The position numbers and the translations under genes were made by a program. A DNA stretch of 64,000 nt from Candidatus Woesearchaeota archaeon CG10_big_fil_rev_8_21_14_0_10_45_16 (GTDB taxonomy: Archaea; Nanobdellota; Nanobdellia; Woesearchaeales; GW2011-AR9). The notes beneath the pieces are model-generated. The model searched no databases, was not told where the DNA came from, and saw only the letters and a list, made by a program, of their open reading frames with translations. The number at the start of each line of letters is the position of its first letter. Position 1 is the stretch's first letter. Of this stretch, positions 27,419-36,991 are shown in pieces. The stretch lies in NCBI GenBank assembly GCA_002762785.1, contig PCXY01000005.1:188796-252795 (forward strand). The letters are read 5' to 3'.

Positions 27419-29038
27419 TCACATCATGTCAGCCGGTGATCTTCTTTCCAGCTTTTTCTCAGGAGAACCGCCTAGGATGACGTCATCTATCCGCAGGATC
27501 ATCTCGGCCACGGCAGTGGCACTGGACAAAGCCTGCGTCTTTATTTTAAGAGGTTCGATGACACCAGAAAGCCAAGCGTCCATGGTCTTGCCGCTGAAGA
27601 CATCGATGCCGATCCAGCGCTGCTGCTGGTCATGGGCTGAACGGAGCATCGTCAGGACATCGATCGGATCAAGGCCGGCGTTCTCGGCCAAGGTTCTGGG
27701 GATAACTTCCACCGCTTCAGCATACGCCTGCACGGCCAACTGCTCACGGCCTTGCAATGAGGCAGCATATGACCGCAGCCCTTTAGCCAGTTCCATCTCG
27801 ACGGAACCTGCTCCGCCGACGACAAACCCGTCTTTGACAGCGGCAGCGATATCACCAAGAGCATCAGTCACGGCCCGCTTCACTTCATCAGCGACGTGTT
27901 CAGTGCCACCGCGAACCAACAAAGTGACCGCTTTAGGATTCTTGCAGCGTTTGACGAAGATCATCTCTTCATCACCGATCTTCTCTTCATAGACAGAGCC
28001 GGCAAAGCCCAGATCCAAAGATGATAACTCTTTCCAGTTGCTGACGATCCTGGCTCCAGTGGCCCGGTTCAGCTTTTCCATGTCGCTTTTCTTTACCCGA
28101 CGGACGGCAAGGATGCCTGCTTTAGAAAGAAAATGCTGGGCCATGTCGTCGATGCCCCGCTGGCAGAATACAACCTTGGCTCCGCTGGCGATAATCTTGT
28201 CTGCGATCATCTTCAATGTCCTTTCCTCCTGATCGAGAAAAGCGTTAAGCTGCGAAGGATCGGTGATCTGGATCTTGGCATCGATCTCTGTATTGCGGAT
28301 CTCCAACGGACAATCCAATAAAGCGATGCCTGCATCATTGACAGTTTCCGGCATGGAAGGATGGACCCGTTCCTTGTCCAAGACAATTCCGTCGACAAGC
28401 TCGCTCTTGTCAGAACTTTCACCGACGATCCGCTCTACTTTGATATCAGCCAGGTCGACGATGATCTTACCATCTTTCCGTTCAGCGATACTGCTGACGG
28501 CTTTTACAGCGAGAGAAGCAAGATGATCCCGATTTGCTTCTGCTCCTTTGCCAGTCATGGCGGTGACTGCGATACTGTTCAATAAGTCAGGCTGATCCAA
28601 TGAAACTTTTTCAGCGATGTTCTTAAGGATCCTTTGAGCTTCCGCTTCGGCTAACCTGTATCCTTTGGCCAGCACCGTCGGATGGATCTCCTGATCAAGA
28701 AGATCCTCAGCTTTCTTCAGAAGTTCGCCGGCCAGGACTACAGCAGTCGTCGTGCCGTCACCGACAGCCGCTTCCTGCGTCTTTGCTATCTCTACCACCA
28801 TCTTGGCAGCAGGATGCTCGATCTGCATCTCTTCCAGGATGGTCACGCCGTCGTTGGTCACGATGACATCACCGCTTTGATCGACGATCATCTTGTCCAT
28901 GCCCTTTGGCCCCAGAGTTGTACGTACGGTCTGAGCCACCGCTTTCGCCGCGGCGATGTTGTTGCGCTGAGCATCCCTTCCAGTAGTTCTCTTGGTATCT
29001 TCCGGCAGAATGTATATAGGTTGGACGTTATTAGACAT
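27419..29038 (-). CDS. ths: Thermosome subunit (group II chaperonin)
   Basis: The 'GPKGMDKM' and 'NDGVTIL' motifs and the full chaperonin architecture are present. The ATG start at 29038 is preceded by GGTGGGGG, whereas the track start at 29050 is a GTG. Confidence 0.9.
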   Translation of the reverse strand: MSNNVQPIYILPEDTKRTTGRDAQRNNIAAAKAVAQTVRTTLGPKGMDKMIVDQSGDVIVTNDGVTILEEMQIEHPAAKMVVEIAKTQEAAVGDGTTTAVVLAGELLKKAEDLLDQEIHPTVLAKGYRLAEAEAQRILKNIAEKVSLDQPDLLNSIAVTAMTGKGAEANRDHLASLAVKAVSSIAERKDGKIIVDLADIKVERIVGESSDKSELVDGIVLDKERVHPSMPETVNDAGIALLDCPLEIRNTEIDAKIQITDPSQLNAFLDQEERTLKMIADKIIASGAKVVFCQRGIDDMAQHFLSKAGILAVRRVKKSDMEKLNRATGARIVSNWKELSSLDLGFAGSVYEEKIGDEEMIFVKRCKNPKAVTLLVRGGTEHVADEVKRAVTDALGDIAAAVKDGFVVGGAGSVEMELAKGLRSYAASLQGREQLAVQAYAEAVEVIPRTLAENAGLDPIDVLTMLRSAHDQQQRWIGIDVFSGKTMDAWLSGVIEPLKIKTQALSSATAVAEMILRIDDVILGGSPEKKLERRSPADMM

Positions 29039-29087
29039 ATTTACCCCCACCTCCTCCGGGAGAAAACGATTTTATAAAGATTATGGT

Positions 29088-29109
29088 GATTAAGACTTTG
29101 TAGAAAAAG
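29088..29109. repeat. Direct repeat copy A, 'gattaagactttgtagaaaaag'
   Basis: This 22-nt copy is identical to the one at 29262-29283. Confidence 0.9.
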
Positions 29110-29111
29110 AA

Positions 29112-29235
29112 GGGTCACCGCCTCTGTGCAAGCGGTACCGACAATTTGTGGGGGTAGTTTGCGACAGGGGGAGCGCCCCTAGGGGGATGTCGCATTCTTA
29201 TCGCATCAACTCAAGAGCGAGCTGGCTGTGACCCC
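29112..29235. other. GC-rich structured non-coding element with terminal inverted repeats GGGTCAC and GTGACCC, which could be an ncRNA or a MITE-like insertion
   Basis: It contains nested perfect stems ('ccgc...gcgg', 'gcgaca...tgtcgc', 'gggg agcg cccc'). Its GC content is much higher than that of the flanking AT-rich intergenic DNA. Confidence 0.4.
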
Positions 29236-29261
29236 TCGAAGAGATTTTCTACAGAATCGGC

Positions 29262-29283
29262 GATTAAGACTTTGTAGAAAAAG
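29262..29283. repeat. Direct repeat copy B, 'gattaagactttgtagaaaaag'
   Basis: This copy is a perfect 22/22 match to copy A, which lies 174 nt upstream. Confidence 0.9.
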
Positions 29284-29370
29284 CCAGCACCGTCATCTGT
29301 TGCAGAATGGAATCTCACTATCCCACCACAACAATCTTTATTAAGAAAAATTCTCCAGACAACCGTATCC

Positions 29371-30174
29371 ATGGTGGCCATCACATTCTTAGGGACAGCC
29401 GGAACATCTGCTGTTGTCAGCAAGCAGTTCCGCAGCTCTGGCGGGATCGTCCTCCAGCAAGGCGATTTCCAGCTCCATCTTGATCCAGGTCCAGGCTCAT
29501 TGAACAGGGCTAAGGAGTTCGGCATCAACGTCCATCATACTACCGCCATATTAGTCAGCAATAATACTCTTCTTTCCTGCAACGATCTTAACGTGATGAT
29601 CGATGCCATGACCCACGGCGGCATCGAACAGCGCGGCTTGGTCCTAGGCAGCAAGACTGTCTTGCAGGGAGCAGGGGAGATTCCATCGTATCTGACTCCA
29701 TATCATAGAAAACTGGTGGAACGCATCATCCCGTTCGACAAAAGCCATAAGCTCGGCCTTGATTCGGTAGAGATCAGCGCGCTTCCAGCCAAGCATGCTG
29801 ATGCTAATGCTACTGGGTTTAAGATCCAGTTCCCTCGTGTGACCGTCAGCTATACCGGCGACACCGCGCTTTCAGAAGAGCTGCTGGAAAACCTAGGCGG
29901 TTCTGACGTTATCGTCCTTAGTGTACCATTTCCCGGCAATAAAGGGCAGGGCTCTCATCTTGATACGGAAACAGCCATCAAGATAATCTCCAGAACCCAG
30001 CCCAAACTGGTGATTATCAGTAATTTCGGTATGGAGATGTTGAAAGCCGACCCGATCCAGGAAGCAAGAGAGATACAAAGGATCACCGGCATCCAGACTA
30101 TCGCGGCCTACGACGGATTGAAAGTAGCATCAGACGGCTTCGGCATGCATCAAAGTCCGGTCAAAGGGTTTTGA
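29371..30174 (+). CDS. Metallo-beta-lactamase-fold hydrolase
   Basis: 'FLGTAGT', an 'HxHxDH'-like segment 'HLDPGPG' and downstream His/Asp residues are present in a 267-aa protein. Confidence 0.55.
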   Translation: MVAITFLGTAGTSAVVSKQFRSSGGIVLQQGDFQLHLDPGPGSLNRAKEFGINVHHTTAILVSNNTLLSCNDLNVMIDAMTHGGIEQRGLVLGSKTVLQGAGEIPSYLTPYHRKLVERIIPFDKSHKLGLDSVEISALPAKHADANATGFKIQFPRVTVSYTGDTALSEELLENLGGSDVIVLSVPFPGNKGQGSHLDTETAIKIISRTQPKLVIISNFGMEMLKADPIQEAREIQRITGIQTIAAYDGLKVASDGFGMHQSPVKGF

Positions 30175-30205
30175 GAACTTTTCTTATCAGCTTCTATAAA
30201 ATTTC

Positions 30206-31099
30206 CTATAGAAGATACTGCACCAGCCAGATCACGCCCAATCCTACGAAACAGCCGGCACCGATGAACGGCATCGCCGGATAGAACTTGTCTTTTTCTC
30301 CCAACCACAACAAGTAGGCTAGACCAGCCATAGCAAAGAAAGGTAACACCAAACTCTGCCAAAGCCCCATCTCTTTCAACAAGACACCGGCGAAGATCAA
30401 AGGAAATCCGATATCGCCGCCGCCCAGGATGGCCGTGCGGACCTTGATCGGAGCTGGCGTCTTGGTCCGGGACGTTTTCTTTACTTTCGAGACCGTCTTT
30501 TTGGGAAGCTCGTAGGGGATGACCAAGCCGGCAAAGACTTTGGCTTTGGTCTGTTCTTGAGCAAGTGTGATCATGTGTTTTGATTTCCAGACGGCATAAG
30601 CGTCGTAGATAGCGATCAGTACGAGCAGGATGCTTACCGACAATACGTTGAGCAAAGGGACCATGATGGCCGCAAGACCGCCATAGATGAACAGTTCTGT
30701 CAGGTTCTGCACCCAGAAATTCGGCCTAAATATTTTCCAGAAACCGAAAAAGACAGCGCCGATACCCGCAAAGAGCACCGGGATGAAAGCTCCGAAAGCC
30801 ACTGTCAGGGAAAGGACCACGGCCAGCAAGAACCAGACCTTCCAGAGGATCATGAAACGATGTTTCATCAGGAACAGCATCAGGATCGTGCCGACGATGA
30901 TGGTGATGATGATCGGGATGTATGATGTTTTTTCTTCCAACGGCGGCCGTTCGCCGATAGGCAGATCACGGAACTCCGTCTGCCCGGTCTCTTCCGACTT
31001 ACTTACGTCAATATAATTGTAGATGATAGCCAGGCCGATGAACTGGGCCAGCATAAAGAATAATAACAGCAGACCGGTGACTTTGTAAGAATGTTTCAT
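30206..31099 (-). CDS. Presenilin/signal-peptide-peptidase-like intramembrane aspartyl protease (A22 family)
   Basis: The YD motif 'IAIYDAYAV', the GxGD motif 'LGGGDIGFP' and a PAL-like 'PAMP' occur in a polytopic protein. Confidence 0.55.
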   Translation of the reverse strand: MKHSYKVTGLLLLFFMLAQFIGLAIIYNYIDVSKSEETGQTEFRDLPIGERPPLEEKTSYIPIIITIIVGTILMLFLMKHRFMILWKVWFLLAVVLSLTVAFGAFIPVLFAGIGAVFFGFWKIFRPNFWVQNLTELFIYGGLAAIMVPLLNVLSVSILLVLIAIYDAYAVWKSKHMITLAQEQTKAKVFAGLVIPYELPKKTVSKVKKTSRTKTPAPIKVRTAILGGGDIGFPLIFAGVLLKEMGLWQSLVLPFFAMAGLAYLLWLGEKDKFYPAMPFIGAGCFVGLGVIWLVQYLL

Positions 31100-31144
31100 G
31101 ATCTATCTTATTTCATCGATCGTTTTAAAATATCCTCACCACTT

Positions 31145-32656
31145 CTAAGAGAGAAAACTATCATCCATGGTGTAAGTCTCTTTCTGGACTTTAGCAAAAT
31201 CTTTGAACAAAGGTACTTTGATCGGCACGGCTAGTCTGGTGAATGTCGATGTGACCAAAGCTTCTCCTTTGTCTAACGAAGCGATAGTGCGGCTGTCCTG
31301 GCTTAAATCTTGAGGAGAGGATTCGATGACAGCCAATCGTTCCGAATTCATCTCCATACCCAGTAGGATCTTAGTGTTCATGTTAGCAAGGATATTCTTC
31401 GGTATCTCTGAAGGTAATTGAGTTATAGCGATAAGGCCGATCTTGAACTTACGGCCTTCTCTGGCGATCGAATCAAAGACGTTGCTGCCTTGTTCCAGCA
31501 CTTTCTTTCCCAATACCCGGGGGGCTTCTTCCAGGACGATAGAAATTACTGGTTTCTCTTCCAGCTGGCCTAGCCTTTTGTAATATTTATACAATGAAAA
31601 CATTTCAGTGGTGATGATACTGCCGATCATGATCTCTAAAGCTCCTGAGAAATAGCTGGTGTCGATGATGACAGTCTTGCTTCTTTCTAACTCCTGACAG
31701 ATCTCGCTGATGGTATTCTCGCCGGCAACATTGTCAAAGATGCCTTTGCAGTTGATCTCCGAACCTTCCAGCTCCAGGTCCAGCAAAGAGATCAGTTTCC
31801 GCTTGACGACGGCGATGGTATCTTCATGGAAATGAACTCCTTCGATCTTTTTTTCTTCCAATAGGAATCTTATCCAATTATTTTTAAATTTCTTGTAATA
31901 AACATGAAGACACTGACGTTGCGGATCAGATAAAGAGACCGCTCCTTGAAAATGTTCAGGTTTTAGTTTGGTGAGGTTGATCTTCATAGTCCTGGCTCCC
32001 GGCGGCGGGTTGTGGGGCGTGTAATAGACAACTTTATTTTTTTGAGGATGGTCTTTCAACCCCAATCCGGAACGGCCGTAGTATTCGTCGTGAGGATCGA
32101 GAACTAACATGCCGGCATAATCTTTCTCGGTGATGTCCCAGAGGATGCAGGACATCAAGTTACTTTTCCCTTTTCCGGTACTGGCTGGGATAAGCACGTG
32201 GTGAGATAAGACATCTTTTCCCGGCAGGAAGACGTTGAAATCAAGGACTTGGCTGCCGCTCCTGACGTTTCCTAAGAATAAAGGGGTGCTCGGTTTGGTG
32301 ATGAAGAATAGGTCTTCCTTTTGGATGGCTCTTACTTTGGTGAAGAATGAAGGCAGTTTTTTACAAGTCTTACTGCTGTCGGTGATAGTCAAGATTGGCT
32401 TTAAGAAAGCCAATTGATAATTTCGTAAAGATTCGTCCATGATCTGGAAACTGCCTTCCTCCAGGTTCATCCCGGAGACCATCTCTAGGTTCTGCTGCGA
32501 GATCTGGCTGCCGTAAGTGAGATCATAGACCTGCAGGATGAACTTCTCTTGCGCATCTTCGATGACCATCAGCTCGCCTAGTTCCACCTGCTGATCGGCT
32601 TTAATCCGCATGACAATCTTGCCAAAATCTCCGGAGACGACTTGTCCTTTTAACAT
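31145..32656 (-). CDS. HerA/FtsK-superfamily ATPase (DUF87-like)
   Basis: The Walker A motif '[11 protein letters not shown]' is present. The start was moved to 'MLKGQVV', because the upstream 114 codons of the track ORF look non-coding. Confidence 0.6.
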   Translation of the reverse strand: MLKGQVVSGDFGKIVMRIKADQQVELGELMVIEDAQEKFILQVYDLTYGSQISQQNLEMVSGMNLEEGSFQIMDESLRNYQLAFLKPILTITDSSKTCKKLPSFFTKVRAIQKEDLFFITKPSTPLFLGNVRSGSQVLDFNVFLPGKDVLSHHVLIPASTGKGKSNLMSCILWDITEKDYAGMLVLDPHDEYYGRSGLGLKDHPQKNKVVYYTPHNPPPGARTMKINLTKLKPEHFQGAVSLSDPQRQCLHVYYKKFKNNWIRFLLEEKKIEGVHFHEDTIAVVKRKLISLLDLELEGSEINCKGIFDNVAGENTISEICQELERSKTVIIDTSYFSGALEIMIGSIITTEMFSLYKYYKRLGQLEEKPVISIVLEEAPRVLGKKVLEQGSNVFDSIAREGRKFKIGLIAITQLPSEIPKNILANMNTKILLGMEMNSERLAVIESSPQDLSQDSRTIASLDKGEALVTSTFTRLAVPIKVPLFKDFAKVQKETYTMDDSFLS

Positions 32657-32756
32657 GAGAAGAAAAAGAGAGGTTTCTTTTTTAATTATTCTCGTGCTTG
32701 AAGATACAGGAGATTGAATGAAATATTTATATATCAGTGTATGTTTATGTTTAAAC

Positions 32757-33011
32757 ATGGTTACCAAAACGATTACCGTTACAGAAGAAGCATATAATTC
32801 ACTGAAAGGACTTAAAGGAGAAAACGAAAGTTTCAGTGATGTTTTATTAAGAATAGGAAAGAAGAGATCCACCGTAAGTAATTTCTTAGGAATTCTGAAA
32901 GGAGGAGATATCAGCGAAGCCAGAAGAGCTCTTAAGAGATCACGAGATGATTTTTCAAGAGATGCTGAAAAAAGATACAATGCACTGTTTGGACACAAGC
33001 GCAGTACTTGA
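32757..33011 (+). CDS. vapB: VapB-type antitoxin
   Basis: '[33 protein letters not shown]' matches the archaeal small antitoxin pattern. A TATA-like 'aaatatttatatat' lies about 25 nt upstream. Confidence 0.55.
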   Translation: MVTKTITVTEEAYNSLKGLKGENESFSDVLLRIGKKRSTVSNFLGILKGGDISEARRALKRSRDDFSRDAEKRYNALFGHKRST

Positions 33012-33351
33012 GATGCTCTATGAAACTGAGAAAGGTAAAGAAATAGAGAGTATTACAAAAGGTGGGCAGATCAGGATAACATCTCTCACTATCCAGGAAC
33101 TTCTTATAGGAATGAAAGAAAAAGAAGTCAAGATGCTAGAAGCATTTTTTGGTGAAGTTCTTGTAACTGATTTTTCTAAAGAGTGTGCCACCCATAGTGC
33201 TGTATTAGAAAGATATCTCAGAAAAAGTGGTAAGCTGATAAATAAAGTAGATATTCTTATAGCCGGTATCTGTTTCAATCATAACTACCACCTGATTACT
33301 TGTGATAGAGATTTTGAAAAGATAAAAGGACTTAGAATTACCATCCTATAG
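32962..33351 (+). CDS. vapC: PIN-domain toxin VapC
   Basis: The conserved acidic residues of a PIN fold appear in 'CLDTSAV' and 'ITCDRDF'. The start is ambiguous, with candidate Met codons at 32962 and 32980, and the gene overlaps vapB. Confidence 0.6.
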   Translation: MLKKDTMHCLDTSAVLEMLYETEKGKEIESITKGGQIRITSLTIQELLIGMKEKEVKMLEAFFGEVLVTDFSKECATHSAVLERYLRKSGKLINKVDILIAGICFNHNYHLITCDRDFEKIKGLRITIL

Positions 33352-33360
33352 CCGATATCT

Positions 33361-33370
33361 TTATAAATAA
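33361..33370 (+). promoter_or_regulatory. TATA box about 25 nt upstream of the rpl35ae ATG, implying a leaderless transcript
   Basis: The sequence is 'ttataaataa'. Confidence 0.4.
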
Positions 33371-33390
33371 CCACCTGTTCGAAGCATTCT

Positions 33391-33645
33391 ATGGAAGCAA
33401 CAGTCATGCATTTCCGCCAAGGACGGCATCATCAGAACACCGGACAGATGATCATCAAGGTAGCTGATACCGCTGACGCTGCTGCTAAAGTTATCGGCAA
33501 AGAAGTCGTCTGGACCTCTCCTGCCGGTGCTGAGATCAAAGGCAAGATTTCTGCTCTGCATGGCCGTAAAGGTAATGTTCGGGCTATTTTCGCTGAGAAA
33601 GGATTACCTGGGCAGAGTTTAGGCCAGAAGATTAAGGTTAAATAA
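33391..33645 (+). CDS. rpl35ae: Ribosomal protein L35Ae
   Basis: The 84-aa protein carries an 'RQGRHHQNTGQMIIKV' pattern typical of L35Ae. Confidence 0.7.
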   Translation: MEATVMHFRQGRHHQNTGQMIIKVADTADAAAKVIGKEVVWTSPAGAEIKGKISALHGRKGNVRAIFAEKGLPGQSLGQKIKVK

Positions 33646-33675
33646 GAGATTTAAGTTAATAATTCTAAGAATTAG

Positions 33676-34965
33676 TTAATTAACTGGAATTTTCTGTTCT
33701 AAGGCTAATAGACCATTAAGATCTTTTTGTATCTCCTGAACAATAATCAGAGCGGCATTGAACTTATTTTCTAAGATTTGCCACTCGGCAGAATCGGCAG
33801 GAGCTACATTTTTGTAAATTTTACCAAGGGTTGGCGTAATGGTACTATTCAATCTCTTGAAAAGGACAAGAACATTCTTCGACAAAGTCTCCATTTGATT
33901 AATTACAGCAGGATTTACGGGAAGAGGATTAATATTTCTCAATTCTCCTACCAAATTATCTACTATCCCAAGATAACCTCCAATCTCGGACTGAAGCAAA
34001 TCTACCTCGCGAAGTTTTTTAATATTCTTTTTATCAACCATCGCCGACCAAAGTTCGCCTGAAGCTAGTGTTCCATACTCGCTTAGAACACCAGCAATGG
34101 TTTTCAATCGAGGAAGCAGTCCGCGACGCCCACCCCGACGCCAAATACTTCCACCGATGGCATTTCTCAGATTGTTCCGTAAATTTTTAGCTCGTTTAGC
34201 CGTGTCTGCTGTCTCTTCAGCTGCTAGGACTCCAGGTTTTGCAGCAGCTTTTTGGCTTCTTAGATCCATCTTATTTCTGGTTTTCAGAGCTTTCTCTGTA
34301 AATTTTCCCTGGATATCCCGCTGCCTATCTGCCTCCTGTTGTGCTGTAAGAGCCACCTTAGGTTTTCTCCTGAGACTATACGTAGTCACAAAACTGAATA
34401 ATTCCCATATCAGGAAACCGGCACATAACCACAAACCAGCTGTTATGAACCAGCCGAAAAGACCTAACTTATCAGTCCAGTCAGGAACGATGAAATCAAT
34501 GATGAAATAAAGAGCGACGTAAACGAGAGGAATCAAGAAAGGCATAGCACGACTAGGGCCGCCTTGCTTCCAAGCTAACATCACCAATAACCCTATCACT
34601 ACACAAAAAATGAAGACCGCAATAATTTTTGCGCCGAAATTCTCAGAGAAACTTTTGATGGTATAATCAGACACCCATACCGCCCACGCTGCTGATAACC
34701 CTAAGATCAGAGAGAGTACCAATCGTCCGTTACGGGTCTTTCCTTCATCCCACCCGAGAGCAGCAGTAGCTTTTATCGACCCAAACCAGAAAGCGATGGT
34801 GGCCACAAACCAGACCACTAAAGCAGTAGCCATCTTCGGTTCTGATGTCACAAAGTCGAGGATTCCTTTAAAAAAAGCTTTAGCGTCATCTCCCGTAGCG
34901 CCTAAAGCCATAGGTACAACAAACAGGCTCAGCACAAATAATAAGAGTAACAGCTTCTTCCTCAA
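33676..34965 (-). CDS. Membrane protein with a signal peptide, 4-5 TM helices and a Lys/Arg-rich cytoplasmic coiled segment; function unknown
   Basis: The assignment rests on composition and hydropathy, and no family was recognised. Confidence 0.45.
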   Translation of the reverse strand: MRKKLLLLLFVLSLFVVPMALGATGDDAKAFFKGILDFVTSEPKMATALVVWFVATIAFWFGSIKATAALGWDEGKTRNGRLVLSLILGLSAAWAVWVSDYTIKSFSENFGAKIIAVFIFCVVIGLLVMLAWKQGGPSRAMPFLIPLVYVALYFIIDFIVPDWTDKLGLFGWFITAGLWLCAGFLIWELFSFVTTYSLRRKPKVALTAQQEADRQRDIQGKFTEKALKTRNKMDLRSQKAAAKPGVLAAEETADTAKRAKNLRNNLRNAIGGSIWRRGGRRGLLPRLKTIAGVLSEYGTLASGELWSAMVDKKNIKKLREVDLLQSEIGGYLGIVDNLVGELRNINPLPVNPAVINQMETLSKNVLVLFKRLNSTITPTLGKIYKNVAPADSAEWQILENKFNAALIIVQEIQKDLNGLLALEQKIPVN

Positions 34966-35068
34966 ATCAGATCACCTTTTTATATCCAGAAAATACCACC
35001 ACGATATATAAAGATTTCTTATTTGCAATCTCAGGAAAGGAAGCGTTCTCCCTCTTCCCAACAATAAA

Positions 35069-35080
35069 CTTTATAAATAG
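35069..35080 (+). promoter_or_regulatory. TATA box for the rps19e-rpl39e-rpl31e operon (leaderless)
   Basis: 'ctttataaatag' is centred about 25 nt upstream of the ATG at 35100. Confidence 0.5.
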
Positions 35081-35099
35081 GCCGTCATCCCATGCCCCT

Positions 35100-35531
35100 A
35101 TGACGCATATCTTACGTGTAAATCCTAATGAACTGGTCAACCAGGCAGCTGGAGAACTTAAGAAACAAAACCTGGTCAAGCCGACCGAATGGTCCAAGTT
35201 CGTCAAGACCGGCCATCACAAGCAGCGCCTGCCTGACGATGCTGACTGGTGGTATCACCGATCCGCAGCTATCTTACGGAGCATCGCTAAACTAGGTCCG
35301 GTCGGTACTGAAAAATTACGCACCAAATACGGCGGCAAGAAGAACCGCGGCCATAAACCTGAAAAATTCTATCCTGCATCAGGATCCATCATCAGAAAAA
35401 TATTACAACAGCTGGAAAAAGCAGAACTTATCAAACAGGCTGAGAAAGGCGTCCACAAAGGAAGGATCTTAACTCCAAAAGGAATATCCTTCTTAGACAA
35501 GATCGCTGTACAGCTGGCAAAACAGAGATAA
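35100..35531 (+). CDS. rps19e: Ribosomal protein S19e
   Basis: 'VKTGHHKQRLPDDADWWYHRSAAILR' is typical of S19e. Confidence 0.85.
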   Translation: MTHILRVNPNELVNQAAGELKKQNLVKPTEWSKFVKTGHHKQRLPDDADWWYHRSAAILRSIAKLGPVGTEKLRTKYGGKKNRGHKPEKFYPASGSIIRKILQQLEKAELIKQAEKGVHKGRILTPKGISFLDKIAVQLAKQR

Positions 35532-35532
35532 A

Positions 35533-35706
35533 ATGGCTACCAATAAACACCCATCACGAAAGAAAAGGCTTATCAAACTGAACGGACAGACCAAATGGGC
35601 TCCATTCTGGACAGTCTTCAAGATCTATGGAAAAGGGAGAAGAGTTCATCCATCCAGGCATACGGAAGTAAAACGTAACTGGCGGAGAACCAAGACAAAA
35701 GCATGA
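35533..35706 (+). CDS. rpl39e: Ribosomal protein L39e
   Basis: The 57-aa basic protein 'MATNKHPSRKKRLIKLNGQTKWAPFWTVFKIYGKGRRVHPSRHTEVKRNWRRTKTKA' matches L39e. It is absent from the 60-aa ORF track. It starts 2 nt after the S19e stop and overlaps the L31e start as ATGA. Confidence 0.7.
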   Translation: MATNKHPSRKKRLIKLNGQTKWAPFWTVFKIYGKGRRVHPSRHTEVKRNWRRTKTKA

Positions 35707-36005
35707 GCACTGAAAGAACCTATAACGTCCCATTGAGGAGAGAATATCAGAAAGTTCCTCGTTGGAGAAGGACCAAGAAAGCCGTCAAGGCGTTGAAAGA
35801 GTTCCTCCAGAAGCACATGAAATCTGAAGATGTCAAGCTCAGCAAAGATCTTAACGAAGAGATCTGGAAGCACGGCATCAGGAACCCGCCGCATCACGTC
35901 AAAGTAACTGTCACCAAAGATGATAAAGGTGTCGTGACCGCTGACCTGTTCGGCAAGAAAGAAGTTGCTCCAAAGCCAGCTAAGAAGACCAAAGCAAAAG
36001 CATAA
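35703..36005 (+). CDS. rpl31e: Ribosomal protein L31e
   Basis: 'YNVPLRREYQKVPRWRRTKKAVKALKEF' is typical of L31e. Confidence 0.85.
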   Translation: MSTERTYNVPLRREYQKVPRWRRTKKAVKALKEFLQKHMKSEDVKLSKDLNEEIWKHGIRNPPHHVKVTVTKDDKGVVTADLFGKKEVAPKPAKKTKAKA

Positions 36006-36058
36006 TTTTTCTTATTCTATAGAAAACCTTTTATTATAACCCCCTTAGCAGTCATCTT

Positions 36059-36991
36059 ATGAACAAACAGATCTTCATCAAGAGGGAAGCCCAAGGAGAG
36101 TTCGGAAAGGCGCCGGAAGAACGGACGGCCGAAGAACGCATCCAGTTCGGCATCATCAACATCGACAAACCGAAAGGGCCGACGTCGCATCAGGTTTCTG
36201 ATTATGTCAAGAAGATACTGAAAGTCAGTAAGGCCGGACATTCCGGCACTTTGGATCCGCAGGTTTCGGGCGTCCAGCCGGTGGCCGTCGGCAACGCTAC
36301 CAGGATCACTTTATTTCTATTGACTGCTCCTAAAGAATACGTCTGCCTGATGCATCTCCATAAAGATATCAGCCAAGAAGAACTGCTGGAGAAGAGCAAG
36401 GAATTTATCGGCAAGATCAGGCAGCTGCCTCCTGTAAAAAGCGCCGTCAAACGTGAAGAACGAACACGAGAGATCTATGAACTTGAAATAATCGAGAAGA
36501 AAGATCGAGAAGTTCTTTTCCGAGTAAAATGTCAAGCCGGGACTTATATCAGAAAACTTTGCCATGATCTTGGACAAGCCCTGGGAACAGGAGCGCATAT
36601 GGCCGAATTACGGCGAACCCAAGCCGGACCATTTAGAGAAGAAGATAATCTAGTCACTTTAAACGATCTGCAGGATGCTCTTAAGTTCCATGAAGAAGGT
36701 AATGACAAATTTTTACTGCATTGCATCCAACCAGTGGAGAATGCTTTGAAATACCTCTCAAAATGCTGGATCCTTGACAATAGCATCCAGAGCCTCACTC
36801 ACGGAAGAGACTTAGCCATACCCGGTATCAGCAAACTGGAAAATTTCCGTAAAGGCGAAATTGTCGCTATCCTTACCTTGAAAGGAGAGCTGGTGGCTGT
36901 CGGTGAAGCTGCTATGTCTGCCGTGGAGATAAATACAAAAGAAAAAGGGATAGCCGTAACGGTATCCAAAGTATTCATGCCGGCAGTCTAA
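36059..36991 (+). CDS. cbf5: tRNA/rRNA pseudouridine synthase Cbf5 (H/ACA RNP catalytic subunit)
   Basis: The TruB catalytic motif 'GHSGTLD' and a C-terminal PUA domain are present in a 310-aa protein. Confidence 0.85.
   Translation: MNKQIFIKREAQGEFGKAPEERTAEERIQFGIINIDKPKGPTSHQVSDYVKKILKVSKAGHSGTLDPQVSGVQPVAVGNATRITLFLLTAPKEYVCLMHLHKDISQEELLEKSKEFIGKIRQLPPVKSAVKREERTREIYELEIIEKKDREVLFRVKCQAGTYIRKLCHDLGQALGTGAHMAELRRTQAGPFREEDNLVTLNDLQDALKFHEEGNDKFLLHCIQPVENALKYLSKCWILDNSIQSLTHGRDLAIPGISKLENFRKGEIVAILTLKGELVAVGEAAMSAVEINTKEKGIAVTVSKVFMPAV

Noticed and set aside
27426-27992. A 188-aa plus-strand ORF and several other 60-130-aa ORFs lie inside the thermosome gene on the opposite strand.
   Set aside because: They are antisense to a well-supported, highly conserved chaperonin gene and have Ser/Ala/Arg-rich composition typical of antisense frames. 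The same reasoning applies to small ORFs antisense within hisS, ugd, the pyrC-pyrD fusion, pheS and other genes.
32657-32998. The track's HerA-like ORF carries a 114-codon 5' extension ('[10 protein letters not shown]...').
   Set aside because: The extension is low-complexity, contains the vapB promoter region on the other strand, and the HerA N-terminal domain begins at 'MLKGQVV'. The start was trimmed to 32656.
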